From positions 1 through 32,000 of the forward strand of contig NZ_AP022823.1 of NCBI RefSeq assembly GCF_011397115.1: 32,000 nucleotides of DNA, in the 5' to 3' direction. Numbering within the stretch: position 1 is the first letter of the stretch; each line of letters begins with the position of its first letter. Below the pieces are notes generated by a model. It ran no database searches. It was not told the DNA's origin and saw nothing but the letters and a program-made list of their open reading frames with translations. Below, piece after piece: positions 25,201-31,466 of this stretch. Both the position numbers and the translations under genes were made by a program. The DNA comes from Enterococcus saigonensis. GTDB lineage: Bacteria; Bacillota; Bacilli; Lactobacillales; Enterococcaceae.

Positions 25201-25903
25201 TAATGGAAGAAAATGCACTTATTCCACTAAGATATTCAAGATTGCTAGCGCCCACTGTTGCCGGCGAGGCATTTATCTCAGACGACGTTGCTTCACTGGC
25301 TTCTTCCGTTTGTGTCGTCGTTTCGGTCGCTTGGCTACTAGTGGTTTCTTCAGCTGTTGTCTGAGAAGTAGCACTTACTTCTGTCGTTTTTTGTGTAGCC
25401 ACTGCTGGTAATTTCAACGCATGCGGACCTTCTACCGCACTAGTCAAAATATTCTTGTTAATAGTGACAGCTTGTGTTTCATCCGTTTTTGTTGCATCGG
25501 CTTGAATTTCAAGAGCTACCTTGGAGACATTTAGCACCGTTGTAAATGAAAGAGAACCCTGCGATTGTTTCGAAAAATCTTTTTCCGCAAACCATTGGTC
25601 ATCATTAGTAGCAAAACTGGCATCTTCATTAAAAGCTATTGCTTCTCCATCAGCCGTCACTTTGAATTTCAGTGCTTGATCATTGCCATCACTTGCGACA
25701 TCTTTTTCATACTGTAATTTCCAATTTAAAGAATTTCCATCTGATGAAACAGAGGAACTGACTTTTAAACCTGATTGATCTACGATTTTATCCGGCTGAG
25801 TTTCTATAGCCTGTGCGATACTCGAATAAGCAGTCAAGATTTGCGGGATAAAGCCCATCAAAATAGCAACCATCATAAACCAGACCGATTTTTTCTTCTT
25901 CAT
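22244..25903 (-). CDS. Pilus tip adhesin candidate, 1219 aa, with a von Willebrand A domain, Cna-B/SpaA-type repeats and LPXTG
   Basis: Signal peptide; Ser/Thr-rich linker (TSQTTAEETTSSQATETTTQTEEASEATSS); MIDAS motif VVDMSGSM; several G.Y.L.E...P.GY E-box repeats (GYYSLEETKVPTGY, GTYVIKETKAPEGF); LPATGG followed by a TM and an RNRK tail. The architecture matches EbpA/RrgA/SpaC-type tip pilins. Confidence 0.85.
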   Translation of the reverse strand: MKKKKSVWFMMVAILMGFIPQILTAYSSIAQAIETQPDKIVDQSGLKVSSSVSSDGNSLNWKLQYEKDVASDGNDQALKFKVTADGEAIAFNEDASFATNDDQWFAEKDFSKQSQGSLSFTTVLNVSKVALEIQADATKTDETQAVTINKNILTSAVEGPHALKLPAVATQKTTEVSATSQTTAEETTSSQATETTTQTEEASEATSSEINASPATVGASNLEYLSGISAFSSINYSNIAPEYTTDATKGTYPTNSWQPAGQTNVINHQGNKERNFATWDGVTSWNGDPSDTTHSYIQYGEKQTDFAIRKYAKETSKPGLYDVYLNVKGNEQQDIKPVDIVLVVDMSGSMESSQSNGWNDRAGAARNGVKNFLQTIKDAGIGDYVNVGLVGFSSPGYVTGANGYLTVPIGKVSDTSHINAINDTLKPKFTGGTYTQIGIEQGQQMLAGSSNENKMMIVLTDGVPTFSKKVTAAQTIDGTTYATEFGNGLDEPGTTSKLNRSYEVGSWGNRTNIDSTWPATLGAAKIAKDAGLTIHTLGIQLSKDGNFLTEQQVRDRASLIATPGKYKDAETTDDVSDYLNEEAKNVVKSFNTIVNGSINDPLGDQFSYEGTPTVKSISTGDSAVTNLPTVNQSNGKVTTTELNLGKDQEIQIHYQVRINTEDKDFTPEKWYPMNGQTTLTPNGDNPDNKVDFGVPSAKAPGVKLDLKKIWEEYDKDTSKRPDSLNFTLNRKDTTESNSWKQGFIRLSKSDVATDTNVWEKTNIEKVAETQGATESLWLPQFNNKGNDFAYSFEEATVNGYESSSNAATTIWTNKKIYTPLALEITKISDQGKTPLKGAVFKLSGGSLPNAGVELKDNGDGTYTLSDDKYKLQLNTEYTLTEVTPPAGHTATTTSWKVNVSAEGKVTINDAVTGIEIKDNTIKYTIENEFTKRPLLVEKYNKDSGKTLDGAKFTLKQYDDKWTNDGKVVGDDLIGNDAKSFASLAPGYYSLEETKVPTGYKKDDTVFKFQIDSAGKLLDENGKEITANSKPTTDGFYLTSDNKIVLIKYNELRDFDFSILKKNSQSNKPLADTEFSLATKEDSNTILATLKTNDEGTGQFLDASGNHYGVRPGTYVIKETKAPEGFVLLEGTFEVTINADGTVGNVTYDGKDLDKDAIKVNLKDEDNNVIELTVANTPKGQLPATGGSGIQTFIIVALALVTAAGALTICYFYRNRKELN

Positions 25904-25986
25904 TTCTTCCCTCCTCTAAAAAACATGATATCTATTCTTAAACAAAATTTAAATAGTACTACCTAAGATTTGATACTTCCATCTAA

Positions 25987-26016
25987 ATTATAAACAATTT
26001 ATAGCGCTAATACTAA
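25987..26016 (-). promoter_or_regulatory. Candidate promoter of the pilus operon
   Basis: The minus strand reads TTAGTA-18 nt-TATAAT, ~85 nt upstream of the adhesin ATG. This is a sequence match only. Confidence 0.3.
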
Positions 26017-26029
26017 TGTTATGCTTGCA

Positions 26030-26200
26030 TTGCTTCCAAACGTTTTTTCTTGACTTCAATAAACAATGAGTCTTGCTTTTTTCATAGACGGTATCATCGG
26101 CACGTTGGTAAAAAGCTTAGACGACGCATTCTTTGTCTTTTGGCAATTGAGAAAATACTGTATAAAAATTTTTTGAATGCTTTTTTATGATGGCTTCACA
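26030..26200 (-). pseudogene. N-terminal remnant of a squalene/phytoene-synthase family gene (CrtM-like dehydrosqualene synthase)
   Basis: The minus frame reads CEAIIKKHSKNFYTVFSQLPKDKECVV*AFYQRADDTVYE. As I recall it, S. aureus CrtM has [42 protein letters not shown]. There is an in-frame stop and the remnant is truncated after ~55 codons. Confidence 0.45.
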
Positions 26201-26239
26201 GTATAAAAATCATTATCGTATTCATCAAAGACGCTTAAT

Positions 26240-26756
26240 CATTTAACGATCATCTTTTAACAACTCCTCCACAGCTAACTTAGCACTTAGGATCACGATT
26301 GGGACACCCGATCCCGGATAAATACTTCTGCATAATCAAATTTATTAAATAATGGCTTTGCGCCAAGGCTAGTTTTAAACCAAATGTCGTACATTTGTAA
26401 GCATTGAACCGATCATTAAGAGTATCTGCCGTATACATTTTTTCATACACCATGTGTTCATCGATATCCATAAAGATGTTCGTTTTTTCTTTCAGTAAAC
26501 CAATGATCTGCTGACGGTAGCTTTGGATCGTTTCATCAGTTCACTGATAAAATTTAGATAATTCAGGCACTAAGACCTAAATATAAGAACCTTCTTGTCC
26601 ATTAGGTAATAAGGAAACATCTTTCAAGATTGGTCAATACAAGTAGAAGGAGGAACAGGCTGGTAATTTACTAGCCTCGAAGAGATCATATACATTAAGT
26701 TCGAAATCATTGACAAAACAAATGCTGTCGAGTCCACAATCATCATATTTTTTTCC
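26240..26756 (-). pseudogene. C-terminal third of a CrtN/CrtI-type (dehydrosqualene/phytoene) desaturase gene with three in-frame stops
   Basis: A single minus frame reads ...SSFYLY*PILKDVSLLPNGQEGSYI*VLVPELSKFYQ*TDETIQSYRQQIIGLL...DIDEHMVYEKMYTADTLNDRFNAYKCTTFGLKLALAQSHYL... This fits the family's C-terminal pattern (SLY.Y.P...D.SLAP.G...Y.LVPVPEL...W....YR....DIE.HIV.E...TP.DF...FNAY.G..FGL...L.QS.YFR). Confidence 0.5.
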
Positions 26757-26833
26757 ATCCTAAATAAAATAAGAAACAATAATAATCTATTGAAGCGATT
26801 TTTTGATTGGTATATTTTATATATTCTTAATTG

Positions 26834-27322
26834 TCAAATTAAGTTAGACAAATCATCAATACTTACGTAACTCAAAAATACTTCCAAAGGTGTTCGATAA
26901 TTCAGTGATTTTCTAGGAATATTATTTCGTTTCGATGCGACAGATTGAATAAAAGATTCATCTACTGAATTGAAATCCATAGATTTCAATAAACCATCTC
27001 TACGTAACAATCCGTTAGAATTCTCGTTTAGGCCTCTTTGAGACGGCGTTCCTGGATCAGCGAAATAAATGGCAATATCATTGGCATTACTGATCTGTTT
27101 CCAATTTGAAAATTCCTTTCCACAATCAAAAGTGATGGATTTGAATAGATTTTTCGGTACAGATTCAAACCAATGATTTAATTTGTTTTCAATATCAATC
27201 GCTTGTCTACCACACGGTTGCAATGTGATGATAACTTTTGATAATCGTTCAACTAAGGTAATTACAGCACTTTTATGTTTCAAACCTACGATAGTGTCAC
27301 CTTCAAGGTGACCAAACTCATT
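26834..27322 (-). mobile_element. IS30-family transposase relic (C-terminal DDE half only), fused in frame to the upstream rhodanese gene
   Basis: GHLEGDTIVG...VITLVERLSK...SITFDCGKEFSNW...IYFADPGTPSQRGLNENSNGLLRR...IPRKSLNYRTPLEVF is the IS30 catalytic-core signature. The N-terminal HTH half is absent. Confidence 0.85.
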
Positions 27323-27562
27323 ATGTCCTTGTTTCAGCAATATTTTCGTCGCTCGTTTACTGCGCATCCCAGATTGGCACACTACGTAGACTTGACCCTT
27401 CGGGGTATAGGTAGAAACTTTAGCCAATGGAATATTTTTTGCACCTGGAATATGACCAATTTTGAATTCATGCGGTTCTCTCACATCAATAATTTGCGGC
27501 TTTTCGGATAATTTATTCTCCAGTTCAGTAGTTGAAATCGTAGGTGTTTTTTTGAAAAACAT
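27323..27562 (-). pseudogene. Single-domain rhodanese (sulfurtransferase) gene lacking its last ~15-20 codons because of the IS30 junction
   Basis: MFFKKTPTISTTELENKLSEKPQIIDVREPHEFKIGHIPGAKNIPL...VYVVCQSGMRSKRATKILLKQGH contains the active-site loop CQSGMRS. The GAGGAGG RBS favours the ATG at 27562. Confidence 0.75.
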
Positions 27563-27585
27563 ATTTTTCCTCCTCATAATAGTAA

Positions 27586-27906
27586 TTATTCTGCTGTTAC
27601 TTTTTCCATTAAATACTCTTTTAGTACTTCTTTTGGTTGGTAGCCAACTATTTTTTCAATAGGCTGACCATCTTTATATAAAACCATGGTAGGAATGCTC
27701 ATAATGCCCAGTTGACTAGCTATTACATTGTTTTCGTCAATGTTCAACTTTGCAATTTTAATTTCAGGTGCAAATTCTGCTTCTAATTCTTCTAATACTG
27801 GTCCTAACATCTTACATGGCCCGCACCAAGGAGCCCAAAAATCGACTAATGTAATACCCTCTTTTACTTCTGATGCTAATGTTATATCAGTTACTTTTAC
27901 TGTCAT
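27586..27906 (-). CDS. Thioredoxin (106 aa from the second ATG)
   Basis: [10 protein letters not shown] active site and a thioredoxin-fold length. The AAGGAG RBS touches the first ATG (27918), so the ATG at 27906 is more plausible. Confidence 0.88.
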   Translation of the reverse strand: MTVKVTDITLASEVKEGITLVDFWAPWCGPCKMLGPVLEELEAEFAPEIKIAKLNIDENNVIASQLGIMSIPTMVLYKDGQPIEKIVGYQPKEVLKEYLMEKVTAE

Positions 27907-28171
27907 TTGATTGTTCATCTCCTTTTATCTTATGTCTGTTATTTCTTTTCAATGAAAATGTACTTGGCACTGGATCATATCCGCCTTTAACAAATGGATG
28001 ACACCGCATAATACGTGCTGCTCCCATTAGAGACCCTTTTGCTGCTCCGTGTTTTTCAATCGCATCAACAGCATAGTGCGAGCAGGTGGGATAATAACGG
28101 CAACTCGGTGGAAACAACGGCGAAATTCCTTTTTGATAACCTTTTATACTTAATAAAATGATATTTTTCAT
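27887..28171 (-). CDS. yidD: YidD-family membrane protein insertion efficiency factor, 94 aa
   Basis: [62 protein letters not shown] is the YidD signature. Its tail overlaps the thioredoxin start. Confidence 0.85.
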   Translation of the reverse strand: MKNIILLSIKGYQKGISPLFPPSCRYYPTCSHYAVDAIEKHGAAKGSLMGAARIMRCHPFVKGGYDPVPSTFSLKRNNRHKIKGDEQSNDSKSN

Positions 28172-28311
28172 TTATATACCCCCATGCATATTTTTTGTAA
28201 AGCATTTTTCAAAAAGAATAAAAACGACCATAATATGTCGGTATTTCCGAATCTTGTATTAAGAGCTAGTGGATAAAGTTACATGACCTTCCTCCCTATG
28301 GGCAAAAAAAA

Positions 28312-28345
28312 CTATAGAGGACACTTTTTTTAGTGTCCTCTATAG
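28312..28345 (-). terminator. Rho-independent terminator (13-bp stem) for a minus-strand transcript
   Basis: CTATAGAGGACAC-TTTTTTTA-GTGTCCTCTATAG. The A8 run on the plus side gives a T8 tail on the minus strand. Confidence 0.7.
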
Positions 28346-28479
28346 GGGTCCATTTTAGTTCACGAGAAAGTCTTTTTTATATTTATTTAGCAGCGTCCAC
28401 TACTTCTTTTAATGTTGATTCAACTTCTCTAGCAATCATTGTCAAATTATCATCTTTGATAATAGTGTCCATGATTTGG

Positions 28480-28760
28480 AATTCTTATTGGATAGAAATT
28501 TCTTTCTAGAACATGATTTCGTCGAAAGTTCTCATTGGTTGAGGATAGGCATGTTCAAAACAATCAGTCCGATATCCTTTTAATCCAGTTGCTGCACTAT
28601 ATAAAAAATTTCATCATAGTTTCGCCCTAGTCGTTCCAAAGATTCGATGACAAAAATATCCTTCTTCCTTAAAAAATGAAGTTCTTTTTGCAATTATTCT
28701 CGTGAGGTCTTCTTTTAACTACATAAAATTGTAACCACTGGTTTTAAGAGTAGTGTATCA
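28480..28760 (-). pseudogene. Serine recombinase (resolvase/invertase) relic: 5'-truncated, with in-frame stops and frameshift
   Basis: The minus frame reads KKTSRE*LQKELHFLRKKDIFVIESLERLGRNYDEIFYIVQQLD*KDIGLIVLNMPILNQ*. This fits the resolvase core (RP.L..ll..lr.gD.lvv.sLDRLgRn..ei......L...gi.l..l.mp.l.t). Confidence 0.6.
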
Positions 28761-28767
28761 TCCCAAA

Positions 28768-29532
28768 TCATATAATTAATTGACTGCGATTGTTATAAAA
28801 CTCACGGTAAGCCATATAACTAGCAATAAATGAAGAAATCGCAGTAACTGAAATCAACATAAACATCACAACAATTTGGTAACGAATCGCTTGAACAGGA
28901 TCAATTCCCGCAAAAATCAACCCTGACATCATACCTGGTAGGCTGACAAGTCCAACCGTTTTTGTTCGGTCAATAGAAGGAGCCATGCCCGTTTTGACGC
29001 TTTCTCTTACAATACTCATGGACGCTTGTTTTTTATTGGCTCCCAATGCCAATTTTTCCAATACCTGTTGGCGTTGGTCCGTAAATTTTGAATTCAAAGA
29101 CCGATAGGTCACTCCAATCGCAGTCATGGCGTTGCTGGCAATCATGCCTGTAATTGGAACGATTTGGGAAGGGGTCCAGTCAATGACTCCTGAAAAAACA
29201 AGAATGAGTAAGGACAAGGCTGTTCCTACTCCAATAGCCGTCGTTGAAATTTTAAAAGAGCGGTTGATCCCCTCACTGCGTGTATGGGCGTTATAAGAAG
29301 CGTTGAACACAATGAACAAAACCATCGCTAAAGTGAGAAAGTTGTTATCCACTCGTAATACGTAGCTCAATACATATCCAATAAGGACTAATTGAACGAC
29401 AGCGCGAATTCCCGCAATAAAAATGTCGTTTCCTAATCCCAATTTCTCTTTGTAATCAATCAACAAGGCAACTATCAAGAGGACAGAGGATAAAAGCAAA
29501 GAAAGATTACTGATTTCCAAATTGTTTGTCAT
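28768..29532 (-). CDS. ABC transporter permease of the FetB/YbbM (UPF0014) family, 254 aa
   Basis: ~7 predicted TM segments. The N-terminus is ...LLIVALLIDYKEKLGLGNDIFIAGIRAVVQLVLIGYVL, and the gene is coupled (ATGA overlap) to the upstream ATPase, as in fetAB/ybbLM pairs. Confidence 0.6.
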   Translation of the reverse strand: MTNNLEISNLSLLLSSVLLIVALLIDYKEKLGLGNDIFIAGIRAVVQLVLIGYVLSYVLRVDNNFLTLAMVLFIVFNASYNAHTRSEGINRSFKISTTAIGVGTALSLLILVFSGVIDWTPSQIVPITGMIASNAMTAIGVTYRSLNSKFTDQRQQVLEKLALGANKKQASMSIVRESVKTGMAPSIDRTKTVGLVSLPGMMSGLIFAGIDPVQAIRYQIVVMFMLISVTAISSFIASYMAYREFYNNRSQLII

Positions 29533-30182
29533 TTCGATTCCTCCATTTTTCCACCTTTGATAGTAATCAGACGAGAAGCTTGGTCGATTTCTTCCTGGTT
29601 GTGAGTGACGGCCAACACCGTAGTTTGTTGGTCTTTCATCATGTCTCGGACTAAATCAAGGATAATCGCTCTGTTTTCTTGGTCCAATGAACTGGTAACT
29701 TCATCCAGGAGCAACACTTTCGGTTGATACATCAAATTTCGGACCAATGCAACCCGTTGTTTTTCCCCTCCTGATAGTTCCTTGACCTCTTTCGATAAGT
29801 AAGTTTCAGGTATTTGAACTCGTTCTAACAATTTTTTTGCACGTTCCCGATCAAATCCTTCTTCTCTTATGCGGGCAGGAAAAGACAAGTTCTCTTGAAC
29901 TGTCTCATCGAATAGAGAAGCGTTTTGAAAGAAATAAGAGACTTCTTTTCTATACTCCACAGGATCGATTTTTTGCAGATCCGTACCTCGATAATAAATT
30001 TTTCCGGAAGTTGGGGAAAGCAGCGTACCAATTAATTTCAAAAGGGTACTTTTTCCACTTCCAGAAGGACCAGAAAAAACAATCACTTCCCCTTTGTTTA
30101 CTGTAAAAGAGATATCTTGAAGGATTTGGTTTCCGTTTGCCTGAAAACCAACCTTCTCTAATTGAAACAATGAATCACTCAT
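29529..30182 (-). CDS. ABC transporter ATP-binding protein (FetA/YbbL-like), 217 aa from the ATG at 30182
   Basis: Walker A GPSGSGKST, signature LSGGEKQRVAL, Walker B LLLDEVTSSLD. The AAAGGAGAG RBS precedes MSDSLFQ; the track's upstream 24 codons are the cupin terminator. Confidence 0.88.
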   Translation of the reverse strand: MSDSLFQLEKVGFQANGNQILQDISFTVNKGEVIVFSGPSGSGKSTLLKLIGTLLSPTSGKIYYRGTDLQKIDPVEYRKEVSYFFQNASLFDETVQENLSFPARIREEGFDRERAKKLLERVQIPETYLSKEVKELSGGEKQRVALVRNLMYQPKVLLLDEVTSSLDQENRAIILDLVRDMMKDQQTTVLAVTHNQEEIDQASRLITIKGGKMEESK

Positions 30183-30205
30183 ACCACTTCTCTCCTTTAT
30201 AAAAA

Positions 30206-30244
30206 AGCCCTGCACCAGTGGACCATCCATACGGGTGCAGGGCT
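30206..30244 (-). terminator. Terminator hairpin after the cupin gene
   Basis: AGCCCTGCACC...GGTGCAGGGCT flanked by an A-run and a T-run; on the minus strand it is followed by TTTTTTATAAAGGAGAG. Confidence 0.7.
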
Positions 30245-30265
30245 TTTGTTTCATCCTAGTGTACC

Positions 30266-30688
30266 TCAGTGTTCGTTTGGATCGTTTTTGGCGTCTTCAT
30301 GAGTAGGGTGAACCGTTCCTTCAAGGTGATCTGGACCAGCATAAATGGTATACAGTCTGAGCGGCTTATCACCGGTGTTTTCGATGTTGTGCCACATGTC
30401 CGCCGGAACAAATACGGCGTCATCATCCATCACTTTTTGTTGAACATGTAAGTTATCTTTAGAAGGCCCCATTTTACACACGCCTTCTCCTTCTTCAATA
30501 CGGATAAATTGGTCAATGCCTTCGTGCACTTCCAAACCGATGTCATCGCCCGGTTGAATGGACATTACGGTGACTTGCAGTTTACTGCCTGTCCAAATGG
30601 TCGTCCGGTAATTATCATTTCCTGTGGTGGCGTCTTCAATATTAATGATATACGGCTTCTTCCCATGATCCTTGTAGTCTATTTCCAT
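30266..30688 (-). CDS. Cupin-domain protein, 140 aa
   Basis: GDDIGLEVHEGIDQFIRIEEGEG ... VFVPADMWHNIENTG match the two cupin motifs; GGAGGAATGGAAG RBS. Confidence 0.8.
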   Translation of the reverse strand: MEIDYKDHGKKPYIINIEDATTGNDNYRTTIWTGSKLQVTVMSIQPGDDIGLEVHEGIDQFIRIEEGEGVCKMGPSKDNLHVQQKVMDDDAVFVPADMWHNIENTGDKPLRLYTIYAGPDHLEGTVHPTHEDAKNDPNEH

Positions 30689-31438
30689 CTTCCATTCCTC
30701 CTAGTCTTTGTACTGAAACAATGATACCTACTTCTTATTTATAATAATTCTAATTAATGGTACCACATCTAAAATTCTATGCAAAAAAATTAGCTTTTTG
30801 GAGAGCGATTCTAAACAAAGACCATATAACGCGCAATTACAATTGGTACCCCTTAATCCTCAGCACATAAAGGAAAAAATATGGAATCAAAAAATAACCG
30901 ATATGTACTCTGGTTATGACTTGAATCAGGGAGAATTTCAGAGACGACACATCATACTTTTTTAGTTTGCACTTGTAAAATAACTAGCGTACATTAAGTT
31001 TATGCTCACTATCAAGCGTTGTCAATCCTTTAGACTCTTATCAATTTCGAAAGAAAGTAGCAAGGTTATTGATTGTGACTGTAAAAGTGGGGTGTTCCTA
31101 TAAGCACATTAAACTATCTTCTCTAATTTATCATGCTATTTAAATTCTGCTTTTTCATGAGAATTTTTGTCCAAAACTTGTTAAAATGATTTTAAAAAAT
31201 ACTTACATACACAATCCCCAAAAGACACTAATGTCATTTCAGTCAAAAAAGATACCGCAGAAAATTTCCACCTGAGATTCAATACGATATTACTCTCTTG
31301 ACAGCCAGCTTAATTCCTTAGTTGAATAGATTATTAAAGTGCACAAAAAAACAATGCGGCGTTTGTTATATTAGTGATAAGTAGTGATTGCTTGAATTCG
31401 ATATCCGAAGACAACAACACGCAAAAAAAAGTTACAAC

Positions 31439-31466
31439 CTTGTTGAACATCATGATGTTCAACAAG
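31439..31466. repeat. Perfect 28-bp palindrome
   Basis: CTTGTTGAACATCATGATGTTCAACAAG is identical to its own reverse complement. Confidence 0.9.

Noticed and set aside
17509-25966. ORFs opposite or within the pilus-operon genes: 17509-17691, 18984-19199, 19393-19590, 19566-19751, 20196-20378, 20954-21226, 21515-21697, 21877-22200, 22124-22315, 22792-22980, 22877-23065, 22971-23321, 23556-23879, 23564-23974, 25097-25411, 25775-25966.
   Set aside because: All overlap strongly supported genes; their products are low-complexity or Cys/Arg/Phe-rich, as expected for antisense frames. ORF 17509-17691 is partly the tail of the ISL3 relic and partly antisense to the sortase 3' end.
26280-26756. The in-frame TGA/TAG/TGA stops could mean stop-codon recoding (TGA=Trp, selenocysteine) or a G-to-A hypermutation signature at Trp codons.
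   Set aside because: All other genes in the window use standard stops and contain no internal TGA. Only one of the three sites (plus the TAA in the crtM relic) aligns to a conserved Trp when compared with my memory of CrtN/CrtM. The gene is also 5'-truncated, so ordinary pseudogene decay is the simpler reading.
29529-30254. 241-aa version of the ABC ATPase starting at 30254.
   Set aside because: The first 24 codons (MKQKPCTRMDGPLVQGFFIKERSG) are the translation of the cupin-gene terminator hairpin and of the RBS AAAGGAGAG. The ATG at 30182 is the plausible start.
27462-30724. Plus-strand ORFs 27275-27511, 27462-27662, 27728-27910, 29837-30106, 30269-30451 and 30509-30724.
   Set aside because: They are antisense to the rhodanese/IS30, thioredoxin, ABC ATPase and cupin genes, with no supporting signals.
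30689-31438. The ~750-bp AT-rich stretch upstream of the cupin gene might contain a riboswitch, sRNA or type I toxin.
   Set aside because: I could not recognise any conserved riboswitch core or an Fst-like hydrophobic peptide with an RBS. Only a 12-codon ORF (30871-30909) is present. It may simply be a promoter region plus the decayed 5' end of the regulator gene. I left it uncalled.
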